From: Patescibacteria group bacterium
Lineage (GTDB): Bacteria > Patescibacteriota > Microgenomatia > Daviesbacterales > UBA10151
Direction of reading: 5' to 3'
Assembly: GCA_943356485.1 (NCBI GenBank)
Contig: CALRFD010000003.1
Coordinates: 7,702 to 71,701, forward strand
Length of the DNA stretch: 64,000 bases
The translations under genes and the position numbers were made by a program. The notes beneath the pieces are model-generated. The model worked only from the letters and a program-made list of their open reading frames with translations, did no database searches and had not been told where the DNA came from. This document shows, piece after piece, positions 9,034 to 17,942 of the stretch. How positions within the stretch are numbered: the first letter of the stretch is position 1; each line of letters opens with the position of its first letter.

Positions 9034-10634
9034 GCCTTTGTGCCCGGAGTTTGAAAGTCTAGGTGTAATAGATGGGTACCTGACTCTGATAGGCTTACTA
9101 GCGGGTAAAGTTTAGCTTCAGAAGCTGTAATAGTTTGGGTAGGTTTTCCATCAATAGAGACTTTAATTAGATCCTGAGACGTTTTGGGAGTAATGACTAA
9201 GAAAACTTTAGCGGCATTAAATTTAAAATCCAGAGTTGAGTTTTGTTTTGAAGAGATGAATTCATTTTGGATATCCCAGTCTCCTCTTATTGTCCAGCTA
9301 TCCTGCCCCAAATCCTTAGAGCTGGAATATCTTTCTCTTCTACTTAAACCCAAGTATGTTTCCGGGGTAATTTTAGTTTTGGGTGTTTGGTCGGCAATGT
9401 TAGTGAGCGTTGCATCAATGTTTTTGCCGGCTTCAGCGAGTAAGGACTGAATAGCTTTTTCGCTTTGGTCATATTCGCCCTCCCCAAAATGTACATGCCT
9501 GATTACCCCTTTGGCATCTATTAAATACTCGGCCGGCCAATACTGATTGTTGTATGCTTTCCAGATAGCGTATTCATTATCTTGTACAATTGGGTAATGA
9601 ATATTATATTGTTTGATTGCACTTAAAACATTTTCTGTCTTTTTTTCAAACTCAAACTCCGGAGTATGGACTCCGATTACCACAAATCCCTTATCCTTAT
9701 ACTTCTCGTACCAGGAAGTAACAAAGGGGAGGGTTCTTATGCAATTAATGCAGGTATATGTCCAAAAATCAACCAAAACTACTTTTCCCTTAAGATCGGC
9801 TAATGTTTGTATCTGTCTATCGGCAGGCAGGTTTAGCCATTTAGTTCCCCCGCTAAAATCCGGTGTGTCTCCCGTATTCCTTCTTCCGCTTAAGCTATCC
9901 AGCTGTTTTGTCACTTCCGGCTGCAACTCTATTTGGGTTAGATAGTTAGAAAATGATGGAAAAGAGTTTAAAAGTTTAGCCTGCAGTAGTTTATCCCAGT
10001 TAAAAAATATGGAGACTGCTGTTGCAAGCAGGATCAGGCCAAATATTTGCTGAATTACTCCTGTATACCTTGAAATAACCTTAACTTTTTGAAATACCCT
10101 ATTGCCTAATGTGGCAAAGATAAAAAGTGGAATGCCAATTCCTAAAACATAAAAAAGCGTTACTAAAATAATTTTGAAGTTAACTGCTTTTGTGGCAGCA
10201 AGGGTGGCAATAGTTGCGAGGATCGGTCCGGCACAGGGTGACCAAATAATCCCTAAGAAGAAACCGGTAATAATTCCGGAAGTAAAACCAGAGGAATTAT
10301 TTACTTGCAAACCGGCTCTGGCACTTAAGCGGCTGACCCAACCCTCTAGGATTAAAGCCAATTGCGGAATTATTAAAGTTAAGCCCAAAACCATAGGCAT
10401 GATTACGGCAAAAAGCCTTAATGAATTTGGATCAAAAGGAATAATCTTTATGATATAGGATAAAGAAAGTGTAAAAAAAGCAAAGCTTAACATAATGCCA
10501 ATAGTTATTCCCAAAGGTTTTCGCTTACCTCCGGTAGCAGTTGAAGAGAGGATAATTGGTAAAAGCGGCCAAACACAAGGTGCGGCAATGGTGACTAGTC
10601 CGGAAATAAAAGCGAAAACAAGGAGTATTGACAT
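9009..10634 (-). CDS. CcdA/DsbD-type thiol-disulfide transporter fused to a C-terminal thioredoxin-like (TlpA/ResA-type) domain
   Basis: Multi-TM N-terminal half with Cys motifs (AAPCVWPLLP, SPCAGPIL). C-terminal WTYTCINC CxxC redoxin motif. Confidence 0.75.
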   Translation of the reverse strand: MSILLVFAFISGLVTIAAPCVWPLLPIILSSTATGGKRKPLGITIGIMLSFAFFTLSLSYIIKIIPFDPNSLRLFAVIMPMVLGLTLIIPQLALILEGWVSRLSARAGLQVNNSSGFTSGIITGFFLGIIWSPCAGPILATIATLAATKAVNFKIILVTLFYVLGIGIPLFIFATLGNRVFQKVKVISRYTGVIQQIFGLILLATAVSIFFNWDKLLQAKLLNSFPSFSNYLTQIELQPEVTKQLDSLSGRRNTGDTPDFSGGTKWLNLPADRQIQTLADLKGKVVLVDFWTYTCINCIRTLPFVTSWYEKYKDKGFVVIGVHTPEFEFEKKTENVLSAIKQYNIHYPIVQDNEYAIWKAYNNQYWPAEYLIDAKGVIRHVHFGEGEYDQSEKAIQSLLAEAGKNIDATLTNIADQTPKTKITPETYLGLSRRERYSSSKDLGQDSWTIRGDWDIQNEFISSKQNSTLDFKFNAAKVFLVITPKTSQDLIKVSIDGKPTQTITASEAKLYPLVSLSESGTHLLHLDFQTPGTKAYAFTFGD

Positions 10635-10779
10635 ACTTTAAGAATATCACATAATATGTAAGTGTTCTTTCAGGGTTTTGCGTAAGTCAAAATCGGTGGT
10701 AAACTCCACGACCAGCCTTTGGCTGGATGAGCCGGTGTAACTCCGGCAGCGACCGTATAGTCGGGATGAAAGGAAGAAT

Positions 10780-11700
10780 ATGAAAAAACTAATATCCTTT
10801 GGTCCGCTATTTGTTGCCTTAGCAGCTATAATTTGGAGTTTTGATGGTTTGCTAAGACGCAGTTTATACTCACTCCCACCTTCAGTAGTGGTTTTTTATG
10901 AGCATCTGATTGGTTTTGCCATTCTTTTATTATTTTTCCCAAAATGGTGGCCTGATTTAAAAAAACTGACTAAAAAAGAGTGGTTAGCCATCTCTTTAGT
11001 CGCGCTTTTTTCAGGAGCTTTGGGGACAATTTTTTATACTGCGGCTTTAGGAAGAGTAAATTATATTCAGTTTTCCGTTGTTGTTTTACTGCAACAGCTT
11101 CAGCCTATTTGGGCCATATCTGCCGCGGCCATCATACTTAAAGAACGAGTTAATAAGAGATTTATCCTTTGGGCAGGAATAGCTTTAGTTGCCGCATATT
11201 TTATAAACTTTAAAGACCTGAACGTAAATTTTCAAACAGGTACAGGGACAGCGGTAGCAGGAGGATTAGCTCTTCTGGCAGGAGTTTTATGGGGCTCCTC
11301 AACAGCGATTAGTAAGTATGTTTTAAACAAGGTTTCTTTTTTGACTGCCACAGCTTTGCGGTTTGCCCTGGCTCCTTTTTTTGCCCTGGGATTTATTTTC
11401 TCAATGGGGCAATCTGCCGCTATTTTTCAAATTACGCAAGCGCAAATATGGACACTTTTATTAATAGCTTTTTCAACCGGGATGGTAGCCTTAGCTATAT
11501 ATTATTATGGTTTAAAAAAGACTCCGGCCAGGATTACGACCCTTTGTGAGTTGGTTTGGCCAGCCTCCGCAGTCTTTATAGATTATGTCTATTTTCACCA
11601 AAGCTATTCAATAACCCAGATTTTAGGAATAGTAGTTTTGCTTTTTGTGCTTTATCAAGTAGCCTGGAAGAAAACAGAACTCATTGACAAAAGGGACTAA
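10780..11700 (+). CDS. EamA/DMT-family transporter (about 10 TM)
   Basis: Two repeated roughly 5-TM halves. Composition typical of EamA. Confidence 0.65.
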   Translation: MKKLISFGPLFVALAAIIWSFDGLLRRSLYSLPPSVVVFYEHLIGFAILLLFFPKWWPDLKKLTKKEWLAISLVALFSGALGTIFYTAALGRVNYIQFSVVVLLQQLQPIWAISAAAIILKERVNKRFILWAGIALVAAYFINFKDLNVNFQTGTGTAVAGGLALLAGVLWGSSTAISKYVLNKVSFLTATALRFALAPFFALGFIFSMGQSAAIFQITQAQIWTLLLIAFSTGMVALAIYYYGLKKTPARITTLCELVWPASAVFIDYVYFHQSYSITQILGIVVLLFVLYQVAWKKTELIDKRD

Positions 11701-11721
11701 TTTGTTATACTAGCGCCACTT

Positions 11722-12402
11722 ATGATGCAAAGAGGAATTGAGCAGGGATCATATCAATACAGTGTTGAAAGAGCACTAACACTACACAAGCAATTAAGCG
11801 GATTACTTAATACCAGAGTTCAAAGGGGTGAAGCCATCCTGGCAGGTAAGAATACAGAAGGGGTTTTACTAGTTGCTCCTCCAACTTCTATTTATAACTC
11901 CCGGGATTTAGATAAGTTTCAGACAGAATTATTTCCTGGAATAGAACCTGATTTGAAGATAGCTTCTGTAGATAGTTTTTTGGATAAAAAGGGTGGTTTA
12001 TCTTTTGGATTACTTATTTTTGATAATGTTCCGGGTTTTATTAATATGAGGGGAAGAATAGCTCCTGATTCTGCCTTCGGGTTAACAGATTATGATAAGT
12101 TGGAAGATTTAATAAGCAGGGCAGGAAAACCCGAATATGAACTGGTAAGAAGGACTGTTATTCAAACGCTACCTGATGCTAATCTGGCTAAAGCAATACT
12201 GGAGGCTGAGAGATTAGGCGTAAGGTTGAGGGATGGCTTGGAAGAAAAGGAGCTTAGGGCTTTAAAGACAGATCCGGAAGATTTTTTTAAGAGGTTTAAA
12301 ACAAAAGTAACAAGGCTTTCAGAACCTCTTTATTTAGGTGATCTTTCTTTTAGGCAAGCACAAAGGGATCCCCTAAGACCAGTAGTCGGTGTGCGACTGT
12401 AA
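11722..12402 (+). CDS. Hypothetical cytoplasmic protein
   Basis: 226-aa ORF with no recognised motifs. Confidence 0.35.
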   Translation: MMQRGIEQGSYQYSVERALTLHKQLSGLLNTRVQRGEAILAGKNTEGVLLVAPPTSIYNSRDLDKFQTELFPGIEPDLKIASVDSFLDKKGGLSFGLLIFDNVPGFINMRGRIAPDSAFGLTDYDKLEDLISRAGKPEYELVRRTVIQTLPDANLAKAILEAERLGVRLRDGLEEKELRALKTDPEDFFKRFKTKVTRLSEPLYLGDLSFRQAQRDPLRPVVGVRL

Positions 12403-12420
12403 ACGGTTTTTTATCCGTTT
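12401..12420. terminator. Candidate bidirectional hairpin between convergent genes (AAACGG-TTTTTTAT-CCGTTT)
   Basis: Inverted repeat with a T-rich loop and flank, read directly. The stem is weak and AT-rich. Confidence 0.25.
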
Positions 12421-14189
12421 AAATCAATTTTTCTAATCCTAATATTTTTTGGGGTTACTTCAACTAATTCACTATCATCAATATATTCAATTGCCTGCTC
12501 CAGACCCATCATCTTTGGAGTATTAAAATGTTCAGATGTCCCTTCGCCGGAAGAGCGGTGGTTTGTTTGTTGTTTTTCTCTGCAAACGTTTACCCAAATA
12601 TCATCACCGCGCGAGTTTTGTCCGATGACCTGACCCTTATAAACCTCAAGTCCGGGGCCAACAAAAATTGTTCCTCGATCCTGTGCTCCAGTTAATGCGT
12701 AGAGTTTTGTTGATCCGGATTCATGAACCACTAAAGATCCATTATTCCTCTCAAACTTTCCGCCAACATCCTCTCTGTATTCAAAAAATGAGGATGAGAT
12801 AATTCCCATGCCTTTGGTATCGGTAACAAATTGAGATCTGTAACCAAAAAACTCTTTTGTGGCAATAATAAATTCCAGGACGACAATGCCATTATCAGCG
12901 TTCATGTCTAAAAGTTCTGCGTGTCGCAGACCCATTTTCTGCATAACAGAACCAGAGTATTCTTCAGGTACTTCAATCGCGACTTTCTCAAAAGGAGTCA
13001 TGGTTTTACCATTTTCGTGTTTTTCAATAACCTGCGGTCTGCCTACCTGGAATTCATAACCCTCCCGTCTCATGGTTTCAATTAGAATGGCTAAGTGCAA
13101 CTCTCCTCTACCTGATACAACCCACTCAGCTCCAGCAGATTCTACCTTTAAAGCCACATCAGCTTCTTGAGCCTTAAGTAAGCGGTCTTGGATCTGTCTG
13201 GCAGTTTTGTATTCACCCTCCCTGCCTGCAAGAGGTGAGGTATTTACTCCAAACCGCATTCTGACTGTAGATTCTTCAATGTCTAAAACAGGTAGCGCTA
13301 TTGGATTTATCGGATCTGCCAAAGTTTCACCAATTGTGATATCTGGAATTCCGGAAACCGCAATGATATCTCCGGCATGAGCCTGCGTAATATCAACTCT
13401 TTCCAGTCCTTCAAATCCCAAAAGCGAAGTCAGTCTGAATTTTTTAATTAATCCATCTCTGTTGATATGCGCAACATCCTGTCCGGCTTTTACCACTCCG
13501 GCATAAACTCTCCCTGTAGCAATTCTGCCCTTAAAATTATCATATGAAGTATTGGTAATAAGAATCTGCAAAGGTTTATCATCTTCTGCAATTGGGGCTG
13601 GAATATATTTGATGATCGCATCAAAAACAGGGGAGATATCAGTCATTTTAGACAAGTCTGGTTCCAGGCCGGCTTTTCCTTGTTTGCCTGAAGCGTAAAT
13701 GGTAGGGAAGTAGGCTGTTTCCTCGTCCGCACCAAGTTCTAAAAATAAATCAAAGGTCTTATTTATCACATATTCAATTCTGGCATCTGGCTTGTCTATC
13801 TTGTTTATAACCACGATAACTTTATGTCCTAACTCTAAGGCTTTTTTTAAAACAAATCGGGTTTGCGGCATTGGACCCTCTTTTGCATCAATTAAAAGCA
13901 GTACTCCGTCTGCCATTTTTAAGACCCTTTCTACCTCTCCTCCAAAATCAGCGTGTCCAGGGGTGTCTATAATATTAATTTTGGTGTCTTTATAGTGTAC
14001 AGATGCATTTTTCGAAAAGATAGTAATTCCTCTTTCTCTTTCTAAATCATTGCTGTCCATAATTAAATCTCCTTTTTCAGTTGCCTCCTTGGAGATTTTA
14101 GTTAAAGATTGACGAAGCAGAGCATCCACTAAAGTGGTTTTACCATGATCAACGTGGGCTATAATTGCAACATTTCGAATACTATTCAT
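12411..14189 (-). CDS. typA: Translational GTPase TypA/BipA
   Basis: G1 AHVDHGKTT, G3 DTPGHADF, G4 NKID. EF-G-like domain order. 592 aa. Confidence 0.95.
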   Translation of the reverse strand: MNSIRNVAIIAHVDHGKTTLVDALLRQSLTKISKEATEKGDLIMDSNDLERERGITIFSKNASVHYKDTKINIIDTPGHADFGGEVERVLKMADGVLLLIDAKEGPMPQTRFVLKKALELGHKVIVVINKIDKPDARIEYVINKTFDLFLELGADEETAYFPTIYASGKQGKAGLEPDLSKMTDISPVFDAIIKYIPAPIAEDDKPLQILITNTSYDNFKGRIATGRVYAGVVKAGQDVAHINRDGLIKKFRLTSLLGFEGLERVDITQAHAGDIIAVSGIPDITIGETLADPINPIALPVLDIEESTVRMRFGVNTSPLAGREGEYKTARQIQDRLLKAQEADVALKVESAGAEWVVSGRGELHLAILIETMRREGYEFQVGRPQVIEKHENGKTMTPFEKVAIEVPEEYSGSVMQKMGLRHAELLDMNADNGIVVLEFIIATKEFFGYRSQFVTDTKGMGIISSSFFEYREDVGGKFERNNGSLVVHESGSTKLYALTGAQDRGTIFVGPGLEVYKGQVIGQNSRGDDIWVNVCREKQQTNHRSSGEGTSEHFNTPKMMGLEQAIEYIDDSELVEVTPKNIRIRKIDLNG

Positions 14190-14248
14190 AATTTTCCTGC
14201 TCCATTTAAAAAACCGCCCTTATGGCGGTTCCATTAGCAGGATAAGTA

Positions 14249-14587
14249 TTATAACATTTTGAGCTCAAGGAGGCAACCAAGGGAGGTTTTGGTTTTTTTC
14301 AGGGTCTCTTTTGGTAGTTCTATAACTAAACTATATTTCGGATTCCAGAAAAAAAGAGAGTTAGGCTTTAGGGATTCCTTTAATTTGACTATCTTAAAAT
14401 CTTTGTCCAGAATTGCTACATCGATATCTTCTTTTAGTCCAAAAGTATGTATGCCAAAACGGGTTTTAAGCAGTAAGGATCGGGGTTGGGATTTTTTTAA
14501 AAGTCCCAGAGTTTGATCTAAAACTGATGTTGGTATTTTTAGGTCAGTAGCCAACACTGTTTTTCTAGTCAGGTTTTTTAGTATCAT
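14249..14587 (-). CDS. Small hypothetical protein (possibly DUF192-like)
   Basis: Better composition than the overlapping plus-strand ORF. The assignment is weak. Confidence 0.3.
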   Translation of the reverse strand: MILKNLTRKTVLATDLKIPTSVLDQTLGLLKKSQPRSLLLKTRFGIHTFGLKEDIDVAILDKDFKIVKLKESLKPNSLFFWNPKYSLVIELPKETLKKTKTSLGCLLELKML

Positions 14588-14610
14588 GTATTTACAGTAT
14601 CTTTAAGGGT

Positions 14611-16350
14611 ATGAGAAAACAAGAGCATGTAAAATTTAACCAGTGGTTTGCAACAGCAATCTGCGGAAATGATATCTTAAGTTCCTGTCTTTATGTTTCC
14701 GGGATAGCCGTTGCTTTTGGAGGAATCTTTGCCCCGCTTATCTTAGGGGTTATTGCCTTAGTTCTTTTTATGTATAAATCAGTTTATACAGAAGTTGTAG
14801 AGGCATTGCCGATAAATGGAGGAGCATATAACTGTTTACTTAACAGCACAGACAAAACTATTGCGGCAATTGCAGGTGTAACTACAATACTGTCTTATAT
14901 TGCCACCTGCGTTTTGTCAGCCACAGTAAGTATTGCCTATCTGCATACGCTAATACCTGTTCCGATTATTCCTGTCACTATTTTCCTGCTTTTTCTTTTT
15001 GCAGTTTTAGTTATACTTGGCCTAAAAGATTCTTCAAAAATAGCTTTTGGTATATTTTGTCTACATATTTTTACATTGATAATTTTTGTCCTCCTTGGAT
15101 CTCTTTTTATCCTTAGCCATCATTCTTTTTTTATGGAAAATTTGATTAAGTCAAAGGAGATAATTCAATCAGGGGGTGGGGTCATTAAGGCTTTATTTTT
15201 TAGTTTTGCCGCTTCCCTTTTGGGAGTTTCCGGTTTTGAATCATCAGCAAACTTTGTTGAGGAGCAGGAAGAAGGAGTTTTTAGAAAAACTTTAAGGAAT
15301 ATGTTAATTGCTGTGGCGATCTTTAATCCTTTAATTGCCATAATTGTTTTAGGGCTCGCGCCTATTTCTACAATTATTGCGGCTAAAGATTTTCTATTGG
15401 CAGACCAGGCCTTACTAATGGGAGGCAAGTGGCTTCAGTACTTTATTGTTATTGATGCGGTTTTAGTTTTAGCAGGTGCAGTTTTAACTTCATTTATAGG
15501 CGTGAGCGGATTGGTTTATAGAATGGCGGCAGATGCCTGTTTGCCGGAATTTCTAACCAGGAAAAACAGCAGAGGTTCATATCCGATAATTATTATATTG
15601 TTTTTCCTGCTTTGTTCTTCTATTTTACTTTTAACACAAGGTAATCTTTTATCCCTGGCTGGAGTTTATACCATTGCTTTCCTTTCAGTTATGAGTTTAT
15701 TTGCTTTAGGGAATCTAATTTTAAGACAGACCAGAAGCGAGTTGAAAAGAACATACTCGGCACCGATTTTATTTGTAATTTTAGCCTTCTCAGCGACTTT
15801 TCTCGGGATTATCGGAAATATATTAATCGATAAAAACAATATAATTTATTTTTCTCTTTATTTTTTTCCGTCAGTACTTTTGGTTTTATTAATGGTATAT
15901 CGGGATCAGCTTCTTACATTGATTCTTAAGACAACGCCGGGTATAAAACCGTTGCATAAATTTATATTAAATCATTATGAGGATGTCACAAGCGGAAAAA
16001 TTATAGCTTTTGTAAACCATGCAAACCGTTTATATGAAATCTTAAACTATATACATCTAAACGAAACAGCTAAGAATGTAATTTTGGTACACTGCAGGAA
16101 TTGGGATAATAATGTAGACAAGGAGAGGTTTAAAGAGTTAAATGAGGCCTTGCCGTTTATAAATAAGGTAGGAATGTTTCCTAATCTGAGTGTAAGTTTG
16201 GTATATGAAAACGAACCATTTGGAACCGAGGCTATAAATAATATCTCAAAGAAATTTCGGGTTAGGAAAAATAGAATAATGATTGGTTCAATCCACCACT
16301 TTCACCCGTTTGAATATTCAGATCTGGGGGGAGTAAGGATAATATTTTAA
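14611..16350 (+). CDS. APC-superfamily amino acid permease with a roughly 150-aa C-terminal cytoplasmic extension
   Basis: About 12 TM segments followed by a soluble C-terminal region. Confidence 0.7.
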   Translation: MRKQEHVKFNQWFATAICGNDILSSCLYVSGIAVAFGGIFAPLILGVIALVLFMYKSVYTEVVEALPINGGAYNCLLNSTDKTIAAIAGVTTILSYIATCVLSATVSIAYLHTLIPVPIIPVTIFLLFLFAVLVILGLKDSSKIAFGIFCLHIFTLIIFVLLGSLFILSHHSFFMENLIKSKEIIQSGGGVIKALFFSFAASLLGVSGFESSANFVEEQEEGVFRKTLRNMLIAVAIFNPLIAIIVLGLAPISTIIAAKDFLLADQALLMGGKWLQYFIVIDAVLVLAGAVLTSFIGVSGLVYRMAADACLPEFLTRKNSRGSYPIIIILFFLLCSSILLLTQGNLLSLAGVYTIAFLSVMSLFALGNLILRQTRSELKRTYSAPILFVILAFSATFLGIIGNILIDKNNIIYFSLYFFPSVLLVLLMVYRDQLLTLILKTTPGIKPLHKFILNHYEDVTSGKIIAFVNHANRLYEILNYIHLNETAKNVILVHCRNWDNNVDKERFKELNEALPFINKVGMFPNLSVSLVYENEPFGTEAINNISKKFRVRKNRIMIGSIHHFHPFEYSDLGGVRIIF

Positions 16351-16378
16351 TCGCTTACGTGATAAGATTTAAAAGCCT

Positions 16379-17548
16379 ATGTTTTCCCGTATTCCTAAAA
16401 ATGTTTTTTTATTAGGGCTGGTCAGTTTTTTTAATGATCTATCCAGCGAGATGATCTATCCCATTGTGCCTATTTTTTTAACAACGATCCTGCACACTTC
16501 AGTGCCGATTGTAGGGTTTATAGAAGGATTTGTGGAGGCAACAGCTGCTATAACCAAGTATCTGTTTGGAACCTACTCTGATTACTTGAGAAGGAGAAAG
16601 TTGTTTGTAGTTGGCGGATATTCTTTAAGTGCAGTCTCAAAAGTTCTAATCGGTTTGGCCTACGCTTGGCCAATGGTTTTAGTAGCCCGTTTTATTGATA
16701 GATTTGGCAAAGGCATGAGGACTGCAGTCAGGGATAGCTTACTTTTAGAGAATGCTACTGTGGAAAACAAAGGATTTATTTTTGGCTTTCACCGGGCTTT
16801 TGATTCGCTGGGTGCTGTTTTTGGCCCGCTTTTAGCCCTGGGGATTTTATATCTAATGAAAGATAACTTAAGGCAAACTTTTTTTATAGCCTTTATTCCG
16901 GCTACCGTAGCAGTAGTTTTACTGGTTTTCTTTGTTAAGGAAAAAAGAAAAATAGTAATTGAGGAAAAAAAAGAATTCATTAAAATTAACTGGAAAACTC
17001 TGCAGCCGAAGTTAAAACTTTTTTTAGCAGTTAGTTTTTTATTTTCTCTGGGAAACTCATCTGATGTATTTTTGCTTCTGTATGCGAGGAGCTTAGGTTT
17101 AAGTACTACCTTGGTTGTTTTAGCATATGTTTTATATAACGTTTCCCAAACTATATTTGCTACTCCTGCCGGCTCACTTTCAGATAAAATCGGCGCTAAA
17201 AAAGTTTTTGCAGGAGGCTTGGTAGTCTTTGCCTTAGTCTATTTTTCACTTGGAATTATAAAGGATCCGTTTTGGATGTGGTTAATTTTTCCTGTCTATG
17301 GGATTTACATTGCAGCTACAGATGGGATTTCTAAAGCCTATATTTCTGAGTTTATAGAAAAGCGCGAATCCGGGACTTTTTTTGGAGCATATTATACTTT
17401 AACAGCGGTAGGCACGTTCATTGCCTCGTTACTCGGAGGATTGCTTTGGAATGCTATTAATCCTCAGGCTACTTTCTTCTTTGGAGGAATAATGTCTCTT
17501 CTAGCTTTGTTAATTTTTGTCCTTTTCAACCGCAAAGCAATAATCTGA
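16379..17548 (+). CDS. MFS transporter
   Basis: 12-TM profile. GxxxDRxGKG-like motif in loop 2-3 (IDRFGKGMRTA). Confidence 0.75.
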   Translation: MFSRIPKNVFLLGLVSFFNDLSSEMIYPIVPIFLTTILHTSVPIVGFIEGFVEATAAITKYLFGTYSDYLRRRKLFVVGGYSLSAVSKVLIGLAYAWPMVLVARFIDRFGKGMRTAVRDSLLLENATVENKGFIFGFHRAFDSLGAVFGPLLALGILYLMKDNLRQTFFIAFIPATVAVVLLVFFVKEKRKIVIEEKKEFIKINWKTLQPKLKLFLAVSFLFSLGNSSDVFLLLYARSLGLSTTLVVLAYVLYNVSQTIFATPAGSLSDKIGAKKVFAGGLVVFALVYFSLGIIKDPFWMWLIFPVYGIYIAATDGISKAYISEFIEKRESGTFFGAYYTLTAVGTFIASLLGGLLWNAINPQATFFFGGIMSLLALLIFVLFNRKAII

Positions 17549-17616
17549 CTGGAGATTTCAAGTGTAAATTGTTAGAATATACAAGCTCGTCAGCTTATTT
17601 CGAACGTAAGTGAGAA

Positions 17617-17634
17617 GGGCCGGTAGCTCAGTGG
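17617..17634 (+). pseudogene. Duplicated 5' segment of tRNA-Lys (GGGCCGGTAGCTCAGTGG) with a similar leader; no 3' half follows
   Basis: 18 nt identical to 17793-17810. The preceding roughly 16 nt (GAACGTAAGTGAGAA) resemble the leader of the intact gene (GAACGAAGTGACGAAAT). Confidence 0.5.
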
Positions 17635-17658
17635 GTCATGAACCATATGGTTCATGAC
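17635..17658. repeat. Perfect 24-bp palindrome GTCATGAACCATATGGTTCATGAC
   Basis: Read directly. It immediately follows the tRNA fragment. Confidence 0.9.
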
Positions 17659-17792
17659 GGGATAACTACAAATTAATCCGCGTTCAGCGGATATCTTGAA
17701 ATAATAGTTATCACAGGAAGAGCAGTGCCGAAGGCTTTTTGTAGTGAGTACATTGAAAACTTTGTTTACATTGAGGAACGAAGTGACGAAAT

Positions 17793-17864
17793 GGGCCGGT
17801 AGCTCAGTGGTAGAGCAATGGACTCTTAATCCATTTGTCGTGGGTTCGACCCCCACCCGGCTCA
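17793..17864 (+). tRNA. tRNA-Lys (anticodon CTT)
   Basis: Cloverleaf: acceptor GGGCCGG/CCGGCTC, D-arm GCTC-AGTGGTA-GAGC, anticodon stem ATGGA/TCCAT with loop CTCTTAA, T-arm GTGGG-TTCGACC-CCCAC. CCA is not encoded. Confidence 0.85.
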
Positions 17865-17886
17865 CAAGACCTATAGTTTAGCCTCA

Positions 17887-17928
17887 CTCCTGGGGTTCAA
17901 AGCTATTCAACCCCTGGGGTTGGGAGTT
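17887..17928. repeat. REP family 1 copy with an upstream half-copy (CTCCTGGGGTTCAAAGCTATTCAACCCCTGGGGTTGGGAG)
   Basis: Shares AAGCTATTYAACCCCTGGGGTT with 8560-8583. Confidence 0.6.
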
Positions 17929-17942
17929 TTTACTTAAAAGAC

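Noticed and set aside
14259-14516. Plus-strand 85-aa ORF overlapping the minus-strand 112-aa ORF
   Set aside because: Arg/Ser-rich low-complexity translation. The minus-strand ORF has more protein-like composition. Only one can be real, and confidence in either is low.
17617-17864. Group I or other intron within tRNA-Lys
   Set aside because: The downstream tRNA is complete and colinear by itself. The upstream fragment has no matching 3' half, and the intervening 160 nt is too short for a group I intron.
17590-17865. 91-aa minus-strand ORF (17590-17865) and 71-aa plus-strand ORF (32598-32813)
   Set aside because: They overlap tRNA-Lys and tRNA-Arg respectively. These are artefacts of the ORF caller reading through structured RNA genes.
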